Shown piece by piece: positions 1-14,260 of a DNA stretch of 64,000 nt. Below the pieces are notes generated by a model. The model was not told the DNA's origin, searched no databases, and was given only the letters and a program-made list of their open reading frames with translations. The DNA comes from Anaeramoeba ignava BMAN (taxonomy: Eukaryota > Protista > Anaeramoebae). The stretch lies in contig JAPDFW010000079.1 of NCBI GenBank assembly GCA_028826165.1, positions 1 to 64,000 on the forward strand, given 5' to 3'. How positions within the stretch are numbered: position 1 is the stretch's first letter; each line of letters begins with the position of its first letter. Made by a program: the position numbers and the translations under genes.

Positions 1-530
1 AAACAAAATTTCTTTTGATCATGAAGTTGAATTAATTGTTAATGAATTTGGAAATTAAAAGAAATGATAGAGAAGTTAAAATTCTTGATAATTTAAATGA
101 AAAATTTCAAAAAATTTACTGAAAAACAATTTCCTGTTATGATTGAAGATGGAGATAAATATTGTTAGTTCAAAAGAATGTAAATTATTTTCAATTAAAT
201 TTTCTTATTAAATTATTTTCAATTATTTTCAATTAAATTTAGTTCAAGAATCAGTTAAAAAAGTTCAACTTCTTGAGAATTCTCAATTAAAGATATGTAA
301 AATATTTTATTTTCTTTGTAAATATTTTATTTTCTTTATTAAATTTTAAATTTAAAATTTTAATTCAAAAAGATTGAAAAAGAAAATTCTTTTAATAAAT
401 CTTTAAAAAAGAAAAAAATGAAAAATTTGAAAAACTTAAACGAAACTTTAAAGAAAAGACTAAAACAAAAACTTGAACAAGAAAAAGATAAACCGCAAAA
501 TTTGAAAATTAACTTACAAAAAATTTTAAT
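1..530 (+). CDS. Possible 3' fragment of an intron-containing gene, garbled or low quality, product unknown
   Basis: Coding-like segments (e.g. ...FPVMIEDGDKY..., QESVKKVQLLENSQLK) separated by an apparent GTAAAT...TTTAG intron at ~180-242; frames are broken. Confidence 0.25.
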
Positions 531-539
531 AAAAAAAAA

Positions 540-3500
540 AAGTAGGAACAAAATATTTTAATTTTTAAGAATTTATTTTTAATTTTAAATAATAATAAAA
601 TTATTTCTAATTATTATTTTAATTTAAAATATTTAATTATTTATTATTAATTTATATTTAATTTTATTTTAATATTTTAATAAAAATAAAATAAAATATT
701 TTTAATTAATTTTATTTAAAATTTAAAATTTATTTTAAATATTAAATAATAATAAGGGCTATTTTTAAATATTAAATATTTTTAATTTAAAATATTTAAT
801 TATTTATTATTAATTTATTAATTTATTTTTATTTAAATATTTAAAAAGTAATGGAAATATTTTTAATTAATTTTTATTTTAAATTTAAATTTATTTTTGA
901 TTTTTAAATAATAATAAAATTATTTTTAAAAATATTATTTTTAATTTAAAATATTTAATTATTTATTATTAATTTATATTTATTTTATTTAAATATTTTT
1001 AATAAAAAAAAGTGGAATAAAATATTTTTAATTAATTTTTATTTAAATTTAAATTTATTTTTAATATTAAATACTAATAAAGGTATTTTTAAATATTAAT
1101 TTTAATTTAAAATATTTAATTATTTATTATTAATTTATATTTAATTTTATTTAAAAATATTTTTATTAATTTTTAATTAATTTTATTTTAATTGAAATTT
1201 ATTTTTAATTTTAAATAATAATAAAATTATTTCTAAATATTATTTTTAATTTAAAATATTTAATTATTTATTATTAATTTATATTTATTTTATTTGCGTA
1301 TTTTTAATAAAAAAAAAGTAGAATAAAATATTTTTAATTAATTTTATTTAAATTTATTTTTAATTTTAAATAATAATAAATTATTTTTAAATATTATTTT
1401 TAATTTAAAATATTTAATTATTTATTATTAATTTATATTTAAATTTATTTTAATATTTTTAATAAAAAAAAGTAGAATAAAATATTTTAATTAATTTTTA
1501 TTTAAATTTAAATTTATTTTTAATTTTAAATAATAATAAAATTATTTTTAAATATTATTTTTAATTAAAATAATTAATTATTTTTAAATTTAATTTATTT
1601 TATTTTTTATTTTTAATAAAAAAAAGTGGAACAAAATATTTTTAAATTTATTTTTAATTAATTTTAAATAATAATAAAATTATTTTAAATATTATTTTTA
1701 ATTTAAAATATTTGATTATTTATTATTAATTTATATTTAATTTTATTTAAATATTTTTAATAAAAAAAAGTGGAATAAAAATATTTTTAATTAATTTTTA
1801 TTTAAATTTAAATTTATTTTTAATTTTAAATAATAATAAAATTATTTTTAAAATATTATTTTAATTTAAAATATTTATTAATTTATATTAATTTATATTT
1901 AATTTTATTTAAATATTTTTAAAAAGTGGAATAAAATATTTTTAATTAATTTTTATTTAAATTTAAATTTATTTTTAATTTTAAAATAATAAAATTATTT
2001 TAAATATTATTTTTAATTTAAAATATTTAATTAATTTATTATTAATTTATATTTAATTTATTTAAATATTTTTAATAAAAAAAAAGTGGAATAAAAATAT
2101 TTTTAATTTATTTTTATTTAAATTTAAATTTATTTTTAATTTTAAATAATAATAAAATTATTTTAAATATTATTTTTAATTTAAAATATTTAATTATTTA
2201 TTATTAATTTATATTTAATTTTATTTAAATATTTTTAATAAAAAAAAAGTAGAATAAAATATTTTTAATTAATTTTTATTTAAATTGAAATTTATTTTTA
2301 ATTTTAAATAATAATAAAATTATTTCTAAATATTATTTTTAATTTAAAATATTAATTATTTATTATTAATTTATATTTAATTTATTTTAATATTTTTAAT
2401 AAAAAAAAAGTGGAATAAAATATTTTTAATTTAATTTTTATTTAAATTGAATTTATTTTTAATTTTAAATAATAATAAAATTATTTTTAAATATTATTTT
2501 AAATTTAAAATATTTAATTATTTATTATTAATTTATATTTAATTTTATTTTAAATATTTTTAATAAAAAAAGTGGAACAAAATATTTTTAATTAATTTTT
2601 ATTTAAATTTAAATTTTTAATTTTAAATAATAATAAAAATTATTTTTAAATATTATTTTTAATTTAAAATATTTAATTATTTATTATTAATTTATATTTA
2701 ATTTTATTTAAATATTTTTAATAAAAAAAAAAGTGGAATAAAATATTTTTAATTTAATTTTTATTTAAATTGAAATTTATTTTTAATTTTAAATAATAAT
2801 AAAATTATTTTAAATATTATTTTTAATTTAAAATATTTATTATTTATATTAATTTATATTTAATTTTATTTAAATATTTTTAATAAAAAAAAAGTGGAAT
2901 AAAATATTTTTAATTAATTTTTATTTAAATTGAAATTTATTTTTAATTTTAAATAATAATAAAATTATTTCTAAATATTATTTTTAATTTAAAATAATTA
3001 ATTATTTATTATTAATTTATATTTAATTTATTTTAAATATTTTTAATAAAAAAAAGTGGAATAAAATATTTTTAATTAATTTTTATTTTAAATTTAAATT
3101 TATTTTTAATTTTAAATAATAATAAAATTATTTTTAAATATTATTTTTAATTTAAAATAATTAATTATTTATTATTAATTTATATTTAATTTTATTTTAA
3201 ATATTTTTAATAAAAAAAAAGTGGAATAAAATATTTTAATTAATTTTTATTTAAATTTAAATTTATTTTTAATTTTAAATAATAATAAAATTATTTTTAA
3301 ATATTATTTTTAATTTAAAATATTTAATTATTTATTATTAATTTATATTTAATTTTATTTTAATATTTTTAATAAAAAAAAGTGGAATAAAATATTTTTA
3401 ATTAATTTTTATTTAAATTTAAATTTATTTTAAATTTTAAAATAATAATAAAATTATTTTTAAATATTATTTTTAATTTAAAAATATTTAATTATTTATT

Positions 3501-3870
3501 ATTAATTTATATTTAATTTTATTTTAAATATTTTTAATAAAAAAAAGTGGAATAAAATATTTTTAATTAATTTTTATTTAAATTTAAATTTATTTTAAAT
3601 TTTAAATAATAATAAAATTATTTTTAAATATTATTTTTAATTTAAAATATTTAATTATTTATTATTAATTTATATTTAATTTTATTTAAATATTTTTAAT
3701 ATGGAATAAAATATTTTTAATTAATTTTTATTTAAATTTAAATTTATTTTTAATTTTAAATAATAATAAAATTATTTCTAAATATTATTTTTAATTTAAA
3801 ATATTTATTAATTTATATTTAATTTTATTTTAATATTTTTTATTAATTTTTATTTAAATTTATTATTAAA
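540..3870. repeat. AT-rich tandem satellite, ~162 bp unit, ~20 copies
   Basis: AAAAAAGTGGAATAAAATATTTTTAATTAA recurs at ~1925, 2086, 2248, 2409, 2571, 2732, 2893, 3055, 3220, 3381, 3546; the unit is almost all A/T; the first copies are more degenerate. Confidence 0.95.
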
Positions 3871-3880
3871 ATTTTGAAAA

Positions 3881-6783
3881 TTAATCATCCCATTCAAAAT
3901 CTTCAATTATATTCTTTAAATTCTCTTTTGGTTCTTCTTCATATAAACTAATAACTTCAGACCATTTTTTTAAAACAAAATCATCATTAATTTCTTCTTC
4001 TTCTTTTTTCTCAATCATTTCATTTTCAACTTTCTCAGGAGCTTGACTTAAAGGAATCATATCATCAGGTTTTAAAGAAATCAAAACAGGATTTGAATTT
4101 AAACCTTTAAAATAATCTTGAGAATTTAAAGTTGAAATTTGATTAGAAGGAAAAAGTGGAAAAAGATCATCTTGAAAATATTCTTTTCTGGTTCTAAAAA
4201 CATGAGCTTTAATAAATTCAATAGAATCATTTGAAACAGTTAAGAAACGATCAATTTCAACTTCTTTGAAATCACAAATTGTTTTTGGAAGTTGATTTAT
4301 TGAATAAAATTGAATTGGTGATTGATATTCAGAAATAAAATGTAAAAATTCAGAATCAGAAACAATTTCATAATATCGAATAACAGATCCAATTTCTGCT
4401 AAAAAAATTAAATTTGTTGCTTGATCAAAAAATGGTAAAATCATTGTGATTACTTGAAAAACTCCCTTTTTAATTGGAATTTCAAATTTTCTTAAATCAA
4501 ATAATAAAATTCTTGTCCTATTAATTTTTGACATGTTTGTAATTAGAATTTGATCTGAATTCCCAAGCCAACAAATTCTTGCTACTTCTCTCTTTTCATT
4601 ATAATTTGTATTTTGTGATATTTCTGATGATCTTGGATCAAAAATTTGGATTATTCCATTTTTTGAAATTGTTGAAATTAAAGATCCATTGCAATTAAAT
4701 TCAAAATCTAATAAATCTCCTTTATCCTCTCCAGCATCAAATTGCAATTTAGGAAAACTTTCAGAAACATCCCAAAGCTTAATATTGTGATTTAGATATC
4801 CAGAAGCAAATACATCTTGAGCTAAAGGATGAAATTTAATTAAAACAATATTTTCTTGATTTTTTGGATCATAAATCATTTCAGAATTAACATTTGAAAA
4901 AGGATTTTCTGATAATGAAGATATTTTCCAAAGTTTAATTTCTTGTGATTGAGAAGATGATGTTAATAATAAAGAAGGGTTTGTTTTTGATAAATTAAAA
5001 TCTGTAATTGAAAAATCATGAGCATTAATTGTTGAAAAAATTTTGTTATTTTCTGAATTTTCTCCAAATTTATTAATATTAAATATTCGAAGATTCCCTT
5101 CTTGATTTGAATCATGAGTTACAAAATATTCTGAATTTGAAGTTAAATGATTGCTTTGATTAATTTCTTTTTTCAAAGTTTCAAATCCAAAAAAACTTTG
5201 CATTTGAGATGATCTTGTTAAAAATGTATGTTTAACTTTTGATTGATATTGATTTAATTTTGGTTGTTTTTTTTTTGATTCTTTAATTTTTGGAATATTT
5301 TCCTTTTGTTTATCTTGAATTTTTTGTAAATCTTCTTCTCTTTTTATTTGATAAACATTTTTTGTTAAATTTTCATTTTCATTAAAAAATTCAATAAAAT
5401 TTGGATCTTTATTTAATCCTTTTAACCAATCTTCTTTTGATATTGAAGGTTTATTATTTGAAAATTTTGAATAATATTCTTTTTTCTTATTTGGATCAAA
5501 TAAAAAATTCTTAATTTATTATTATGAAAAAATTTGAAAAAAAAAAAGTGGAATAAAAAATTTAGAATTAATTTTTTTGTTTAATAAATTTTTTTCTTTT
5601 AGAAAAGTTACTTTTGAAGGAATTTGAAAAGATATTGAAGAAACTTTTTCTTGTGAAAGTTGAAGAAAACGAACAATTTCAAATTGAGAAATATTAACAA
5701 TTTTTTTAGGTAATAAAGTTAATCCAATTTGATGTTGAAAAAAATCATTAAAATTTGGAAGTTGAATTGTAAAAGGAAAAGAATTTTGTAAATGAAAAAC
5801 TGAAATCAATTTTTCATCCATTGGAGCAATAAAAATCAAACCAGAATCTTGATCAAAAAGGAAGAATAAGATTATTTTTTTTGAGATTCAATAATTTCAA
5901 AAGATTGAATTGGTTGATTTTCAAGTTTTCGAGAATCATAAATGGAAAAACTTAAAAAATCATTTTGTTTTCCTGTAATTAAAAACATTTCAGAATTTCC
6001 AAGCCAACAAATTCTTGAAGGAATATAATATAATTCATGAATAAAATCTGGGAAATTTTTTTTCTTGGATCAAATAATCCAAAAAAATTATTTTCAAAAA
6101 TTGAAATAATTTGTGAACCATTAAAATTCCAAACAAAATTTAATAATGAATTTTCAAGAGAATTTATATCTAAAACTGTTTCTTGTTGATTTAAATCCCA
6201 AATTTTAAAAGAATTATCAAAAGAAGAAGAAGCAAATAAATTGGAACAAGAAGGATGAAAAGAAAATGAAGTAATTTCTTTATTATGAGCATTTAGATCA
6301 AAAATTGGATAAATTTTTTTTGATCTATTAAATGGTTTTGATTGATTTTTTGGATTAATTTTCCAACCCTTTTTAGATTAAAAATAAATTTTTAAAAAGC
6401 AAAAATTTTTGTTTTTACTTTTATTTTAGATTCATTTGATGTTATTAAAAATTGATCATCCCAATTTGAAAAACACATATCTGTAAATTTATTTTGATTT
6501 GAATTTATTATTGATATTTCTTGATTTTTTTGAATATCAAAAACAGAAATTTCTTTATTCTTTATTTTTTATTTTTTATTTTGATTAATTTTTTAATTAT
6601 AATTTTGATTTTTTGATTAATTTTTTAATTTACATTTCTTTTTATTGAATAAAAATTTTCATTTGAAATTATTAAATTTTTTGAATTTATTAATAATTGA
6701 TTAGAAGAAATTTCATAAGAAAGATTTTTTTGAAATTTAAAATTTGGAAATAAAGAATTAAATTTATTTGAATTTAAAAACAT
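3881..6783 (-). CDS. CORO7: Tandem (double) coronin, coronin-7/POD-1-like; 3 introns plus homopolymer frameshifts
   Basis: Two WD40 coronin units (FHP...FASG, FDPRS, RICWLGNS, PFFDQ...LIFL, EIDRFL, RKEYFQDDLFP) and an acidic-Trp C-terminus EDFEWDD typical of coronin-7. ATG at 6783; GT-AG introns at ~6560-6633, ~6370-6418 and ~5510-5611. Confidence 0.8.
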
Positions 6784-6843
6784 TTTTTCTTTTTAAAAAG
6801 GAAGAGAAAAAATGAAAAAATTTAAATTTAAAAATTTTATTTT

Positions 6844-7420
6844 CTATTTTTTTAAAATTGCAACTTTTCTTTTTTCTTTTGATTGATTTTCATGACAAAT
6901 CATTTCAGAATCAGAATAAGGAAATAAAAAAAAACCATCAGAATTAATTGACAAAATAACACCTAAATCATCTTTAGCAGTTGATAAATAATAACTAAAA
7001 GATCTACTTTCTCCAAGAGAAATGACTTCAGCCAAAAATAACATCATTAGGTTTAAAACAATTTTCAACTTTAATTTTATCAATTTCTGTAGATTTTATA
7101 TCATGAGTTAAAATTATTCCAAAAATGGTTCATTCAATTGTTTTTCTTCAACACAATAAATATGAACCTTAATTAATCGTGGATTTATCTTAATAACTTT
7201 GCATGTAACTTTATCCCCAATTTTGGGTATTTTTGAAATTGCTGTTTCTTGTTTATTTTCAATCTCAATTATTTTTTTCCCTGTTTGTTTGCTTTCTATT
7301 TTAATTTTCCCTAATTGTGATGAATATATGTAATTGTTGTTAATATAAGTTCCTTTTCCTGATTCATATTCACTTGCTTTTCCAATTCTTTTCTCCTGGA
7401 ATTATTATTTTTTTATTCAT
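6844..7420 (-). CDS. CSL4: Exosome complex component CSL4 (EXOSC1); homopolymer frameshifts
   Basis: Frame-corrected protein: MNKKIIIPGERIG...GKGTYI...IPKIGDKVTCKVIKINPR...CFKPNDVILAEVISLG...YYLSTAKDDLGVI...EMIC...KEKRKVA, matching the CSL4 S1 and C-terminal motifs. Confidence 0.9.
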
Positions 7421-7429
7421 TATTTTTGA

Positions 7430-7490
7430 AAAAAATGAAAAATGAAAAATAAAAAAATGAAAAAAATAAAAATGAAAAATGAAAAAATTA
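7430..7490 (-). promoter_or_regulatory. Tandem TCATTT initiator-like array upstream of CSL4 (example of a window-wide motif)
   Basis: Forward AAAATGAAAAATG... repeats read as sense TCATTTTT; similar arrays lie upstream of most ATGs in gene orientation. Confidence 0.6.
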
Positions 7491-7500
7491 TTGATTAAAA

Positions 7501-10500
7501 TTAATTTTTGAAAAGATTTGGAATAATAATCAATTAAATAAGATCCTAAAATTGATTTTTGATTTAATTGATAAAAATCTTTTAAATCAGTAAATTCTTC
7601 AATATTTTCTTTGGTTATTTTTGTTTCATCAATTTTATCATTATAAAAAAAATGAATTAATTGATTAATTGTTTCAAATGATTTTTCTGAATAATCATGA
7701 ACTTGATTTGATAAATCATTAACACTTAAAAACATTCCTTTAAATAATTCACTTCTTATTTGTAATATTAATTTATGAACTTTAATTTCTTTTTCTTCAA
7801 CAATTATTGTAAAATCTTTAGTTTCATTTTGTTGATAAAATTTTTCAAAATCTTTTAATATTCCTTTTATTCCTTCTTTTTCTTTAATCCATTTTAAATC
7901 AAATCCTGTTTGTTCAAATAAATCATAAATTAATCCTTTTTAAATTTTTCATTTTGATTTTCAATTTGATTTAAAATTAATTCTTGTTCTTTTTTTTGTA
8001 TTTTTCAATTTTATTTGAAAATAAAAATTGATAATTTGAATTTGAATCATTTGTTTCATTTTGATTAAATTTTTGATTAAATTTTTCAATAAATTTATCA
8101 AAATCAATAAATCCTGTATAAAGAAAATTTAATGAAAATTGAATAATTTCTTTTGATTTTCTTCTGCAAATATTAATAAATCTTGTTAAAATTGTTTGAT
8201 TATTATTAAATCTAATTAATAAAATTTGTTTATGAGCTTTGATTATTTCACCATCATTACTTTTAATTTCAATATCTTTAAATTCATTTGATTTCAAAAA
8301 ATTGTTTAAATCATCATTAAATGAATAAATTTTTGGAAATAAATCAATTATTTCTTGATTAATTTCATTTCTTTTCAATTCAAAAATATTCAAATCTCTC
8401 ATTAATAAAATTTGGATTTCATTTGGATATTTATTTCTCAAAGCAATATGTAAAGGTATTTCATTTTCATTATTTTTTGAATTAATATCAGAACCTTTGG
8501 AAATTAATAATTCAATAATTTCTTTTGGATATTTATTTTCAAAGCAATATGTAAAGGTATTTCTTTTCCATCTATTTTTGAATTAATATCAGATCCTTTG
8601 GAAATTAATAATTCAATAATTTCTTTTGGATATTCATTTTTCAAAGCAAAATGTAAAGGTATTTCTTTTCCATCTATTTTTGAATTAATATCAGAACCTT
8701 TGGAAATTAATAATTCAATAATTTCTTTTGGATATTTATTTCAAAGCAAAATGTAAAGGTATTTCTTTTCCATCTATTTTTGAATTAATATCAGAACCTT
8801 TGGAAATTAATAATTCAATAATTTCTTTTGGATATTCATTTTTCAAAGCAAAATGTAAAGGTATTTCTTTTCCATCTATTTTTGAATTAATATCAGAACC
8901 TTTGGAAATTAATAATTCAATAATTTCTTTTGGATATTCATTTTTCAAAGCAAAATGTAAAGGTATTTCTTTTCCATCTATTTTTGAATTAATATCAGAA
9001 CCTTTGGAAATTAATAATTTAATAATTTTTTTTGGATATTTATTTTTCAAAGCAATATGTAAAGGTATTTCATTTTCATTATTTTTTGAATTAATATCAG
9101 AACCTTTGGAAATTAATAATTCAATAATTTCATTTGGATATTTATTTTTCAAAGCAATATGTAAAGGTATTTCATTCCAATAATTTTTTGAATTAATATC
9201 AGAACCTTTGGAAATTAATAATTCAATAATTTCTTTTGGATTTTGGTTTCTCAAAGCAAAATGTAAAGGTATTTCATTCCATTTATTTTTTGAATTAATA
9301 TCAGAACCTTTGGAAATTAATAATTCAATAATTTCATTTGGATATTTATTTTTCAAAGCAATATGTAAAGGTATTTCATTCCAATCATTTTTTGAATTAA
9401 TATCAGAACCTTTGGAAATTAATAATTCAATAATTTCATTTGAATTTTGGTATTTCAAAGCAATATGTAAAGGAATTTCATTTTCATTATTTTTGGAATT
9501 AATATTAGATTCTTTGGAAATTAATAATTCAATAATTTCATTTGGATATTTATTTTCCAAAGCAATATGTAAAGGTATTTCATTCCATTTATTTTTTGAA
9601 TTAATATCAGAACCTTTGGAAATTAATAATTCAATAATTTCATTTGGATTTTGGTTTCTCAAAGCAATATGTAAAGGTATTTCATTCCAATTATTTTTTG
9701 AATTAATATCAGAACCTTTGGAAATTAATAATTCAATAATTTCTTTTGGATATTTATTTTCCAAAGCAATATGTAAAGGTATTTCATTTTGATTATTTTT
9801 TGAATTAATATCAGAACCTTTGGAAATTAATAATTCAATAATTTCATTTTGGATATTTATTTTTCAAAGCAATATGTAAAGGTATTTCATTTTCATTATT
9901 TTTGAATTAATATCAGAACCTTTGGAAATTAATAATTCAATAATTTCATTTGGATATTTATTTTTCAAAGCAAAATGTAAAGGTATTTCATTTTGATTAT
10001 TTTTTGAATTAATATCAGAACCTTTGGAAATTAATAATTCAATAATTTCATTTGGATATTTATTTTTCAAAGCAATATGTAAAGGTATTTCATTTCGATT
10101 ATTTTTTGAATTAATATCAGAACCTTTGGAAATTAATAATTCAATAATTTTTTTTGGATAATTATTTCTCAAAGCAATATGTAAAGGTATTTCATTTTGA
10201 TTATTTTTTGAATTAATATTAGATCCTTTGGAAATTAATAATTCAATAATTTTTTTTGGATAATTATTTCTCAAAGCAATATGTAAAGGTATTTCGTTCC
10301 CATCTATTTTTGAATTAATATCAGAACCTTTGGAAATTAATAATTCAATAATTTCATTTGGATATTTATTTTTCAAAGCAATATGTAAAGGTATTTCATT
10401 CCAATCATTTTTTGAATTAATATCAGAACCTTTGGAAATTAATAATTCAATAATTTCATTTGGATATTTATTTTCCAAAGCAATATGTAAAGGTATTTCA

Positions 10501-13500
10501 TTCCATTTATTTTTTGAATTAATATCAGAACCTTTGGAAATTAATAATTCAATAATTTCTTTTGGATATTTATTTTTCAAAGCAATATGTAAAGGTATTT
10601 CATTTTCATTATTTTTTGAATTAATACCAGAACCTTTGGAAATTAATAATTTAATAATTTCTTTTGGATATTTATTTTCTAAAGTAATATGTAAAGGATT
10701 ATTTTGATATTTATCAACCCAATTTAAGTTAATTTCTTTTTCAATAAGTTTTTGAATAATTTCTTTTTTTGATTTATTTTCAAAAGCAAATTTTAGAAAA
10801 GGTTCATTTTCTTTTTCAAATTGTTCTGTTGTTTTCAAAGTTGAAATTGAATCAAAAAATTGAATATTATTTGTTTTAATTGCTTTATAAATTTGTTTTA
10901 ATTGATTTATGTTTTGAATTTGATATTGAATTTGATTTTGATTTTGATTTGATTTTGATTCTGATTCTGAATCTGAATCTGAATTTGATTTTGATTTTGA
11001 TTTTGATTTTGATTTTGATTTTGATTTTGATTTTGATTTTGATTTTGATTTTGATTTTGATTTTGATTCTGATTTTGATTTTGATTTTGATTTTGATTCT
11101 GATTCTGATTTTGATTTTGATTTTGATTTTGATTCTGATTCTGATTCTGATTTTGATGTACTAAATGGATCTGAATCTGATTTTGATTTTGATTTTGATT
11201 TTGATTTTGATTCTGAATCTGAATCTGATTTTGATGTACTAAATAGATCTGAATCTGAATCTGGTTCTGATTTTGATTTTGATTTTGATTTTGATTTTGA
11301 TTTTGATTTTGATTTTGATTTTGATTTTGATTTTGATTCTGAATCTGAATCTGATTTTGATGTACTAAATAGATCTGAATCTGAATCTGATTCTGATTTT
11401 GATTTTGAATTTGAATTTGATTTTGATTTTGATTTTGATTTTGATTTTGATTTTGATTTTGATTTTGATTTTGATTTTGATTTTGATTTTGATTTTGATT
11501 TTGATTTTGATTCTGATTTTGATTTTAATTTTGATTTTGATTTTGATTTTGATTCTGATTCTGATTTTGATTTTGATTTTGATTTTGATTCTGAATCTGA
11601 TTTTGATTTTTGATTTTGATTCTGATTCTGATTTTGATTTTGATTTTGATTTTGATTTTGATTTTGATTCTGATTCTGATTTTGATGTACTAAATGGATC
11701 TGAATCTGATTTTGATTTTGATTTTGATTTTGATTTTGATTCTGAATCTGAATCTGATTTTGATGTACTAAATAGATCTGAATCTGAATCTGGTTCTGAT
11801 TTTGATTTTGATTTTGATTTTGATTTTGATTCTGATTTTGATTTTGATTTTTGATTTTGATTTGATTCTGAATCTGAATCTGATTTTTGGATGTACTAAA
11901 TAGATCTGAATCTGAATCTGATTCTGATTTTGATTTTGATTTTGATTTTGAATTTGAATTTTGATTTTGATTTTGATTTTGATTTTGATTTTGATTCACA
12001 ATTCTGATTTTGATTTTGATTTTGATTTTGATTTTGATTTTGATTTTGATTTTGATTCAAATTTTGATTCTGATTTAGATTCTGATTCTGATTTTGATTT
12101 TGATTTTGATTTTGATTCTGAATCTGAATCTGATTTTGATGTATTAAATGGTTCTGAATCTGATTTTGATTCTGATTTTGATTTTGATTTTGATTTTGAT
12201 TTTGATTTTGATTTTGATTTTGATTTTGATTTTGATTTTGATTTTGATTTTGATTTTGATTTTGATTCTGATTCTGATTTTGATGTACTAAATAGATCTG
12301 AATCTGATTTTGATTTTGATTTTGATTCTGATTCTGATTTTGATTTTGATTTTGATTTTGATTTTGATTTTGATTTTGATTTTGATTTTGATTTTGATTT
12401 TGATTTTGATTTTGATTTTGATTTTGATTTTGATTTTGATTTTGATTTTGATTTTGATTTTGAATTTTGATTTTGATTTTGATTTTGATTTTGATTTTGA
12501 TTTTGATTTTGATTTTGATTTTGATTTTGATTTTGATTTTGATTTTGATTTTGATTTTGGTTCTGATTTTGATTTTGATTTTGATTTTGATTTTGATTCT
12601 GATTTTGATTTTGATTTTGATTTTGATTTTGATTCTGAATCTGAATCTGATTTTGATGTACTAAATAGATCTGAATCTGAATCTGATTCTGATTTTGATT
12701 TTGATATTGAATTTGATTTTGATTTTGATTTTGATTTTGATTTTGATTTTGATTTTGATTTTGATTTTGATTTTGATTTTGATTTTGATTTTGATTTTGA
12801 TTTTGATTTTGATTTTGATTCTGATTTAGATTCTGATTCTGATTTTGATTTTGATTTTGATTTTGATTCTGAATCTGAATCTGATTTTGATGTATTAAAT
12901 GGTTCTGAATCTGATTTTGATTCTGATTTTGATTTTGATTTTGATTTTGATTTTGATTTTGATTTTGATGTATTAAATGGTTCTGAATCTGATTTTGATT
13001 TTGATTTTGATTTTGATTTTGATTTTGATTCTGATTTTGATTTTGATTTTGATTTTAATTTTGATTTTGATTTTGATTTTGATTTTGATTTTGATTTTGA
13101 TTTAGATTTTGATTCTGATGTATTAAATGGTTCTGAATCTGATTTTGATTCTGATTCTGAATTTGATTTTGAATTTGATTTTGAATTTGATTTTGATTTA
13201 CTAAATGGATCTGAATCTGATTTTGATTCTGATTCTGATTTTGATTTTGATGTATTAAATGATTCTGATTTTGATTTTGATTTTGATTTTGATTTTGATT
13301 TTGATTTTGATTTTGATTTTGATTTTGATTTTGATTTTGATTCTGAATCTGATTTTGATTTTGATTTTGATTTTGATTTTGATTCTGATTCTGAATCTGA
13401 TTTTGATTTTGATTTTGATTCTGATGTATTAAATGGTTCTGAATCTGATTTTGATTCTGATTCTGATTTTGATGTATTAAATGGTTCTGAATCTGATTTT

Positions 13501-14153
13501 GATTTTGATTTTGATTTTGATTTTGATGTATTAAATGGTTCTGAATCTGATTTTGATTTTGATTTTGATTCTGAATCTGATTTTGATTTTGATTTTGATT
13601 TTGATTTTGATTTTGATTTTGATTTTGATTTTGATTTTAATTTTGATTTTGATTTTGATTTTGATTTTGATTTTGATTCTGATTTAGATTCTGATGTATT
13701 AAATGGATCTGAATCTGATTTTGATTCTGATTCTGAATTTGATTTTGAATTTGATTTTGAATTTGATTTTGATTTACTAAATGGATCTGAATCTGATTTT
13801 GATTCTGATTCTGATTTTGATTTTGATTTTGATTTTGATTTTGATTTTGATTTTGATTTTGATTTTGATTTTGATTCTGGTGTATTAAATGGTTCTGAAT
13901 CTGATTTTGATTCTGATTCTGATTTTGATGTATTAAATGGTTCTGAATCTGATTTTGATTTTGATTCTGATTCTGATTTTGATGTATTAAATGATTCTGA
14001 ATCTGATTTTGATTTTGATTTTGATTTTGATTTTGATTTTGATTCTGATTTTGATGTACTAAATGGATCTGAATCTGATTTTGATTTTGATTTTGATTCT
14101 GATTTTGATTTTGATTTTGATTTTGATTCTGAATTTAAATTTTTTTGATTCAT
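7501..14153 (-). CDS. SK-rich low-complexity N-terminus + 23 ankyrin repeats + tandem BTB/POZ protein, paralog A (several frameshifts)
   Basis: Starts MNQKNLNS; ~3.2 kb of (TCAAAA)n read as SK; 99-bp ankyrin units EIPLHIAL...EIIELLISKGSDINSK; BTB motifs IKAHKQIL and KVHKLILQIRSELFKGMF. ORF-track pieces 12288-14153, 9864-11999, 8736-9764, 7977-8441, 7370-7735. Confidence 0.85.
8420..10705 (-). repeat. Coding ankyrin array, 99 bp x 23 (paralog A)
   Basis: 33-aa periodic repeat visible in both DNA and protein. Confidence 0.95.
10930..14135 (-). repeat. (TCAAAA)n hexamer array encoding (SK)n with interspersed SDSDPFSTS/SDSEPFNTS/SDSDLFSTS units
   Basis: Forward strand (GATTTT)n with recurring gatgtactaaatggatctgaatct and gatgtattaaatggttctgaatct. 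Confidence 0.95.
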
Positions 14154-14260
14154 TTTTTTTTATATTAAATTTAAATTTGATTTATTAAAAAAATGGAAAA
14201 ATGAAAAATGAAAAAATGAAAAAATAAAAAAAATGAAAAAATGAAAATTATTGATTAAAA

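Noticed and set aside
540-3870. CRISPR-like array or transposon termini
   Set aside because: Units are fully repeated with no unique spacers; no cas or transposase ORFs, TIRs or TSDs are seen.
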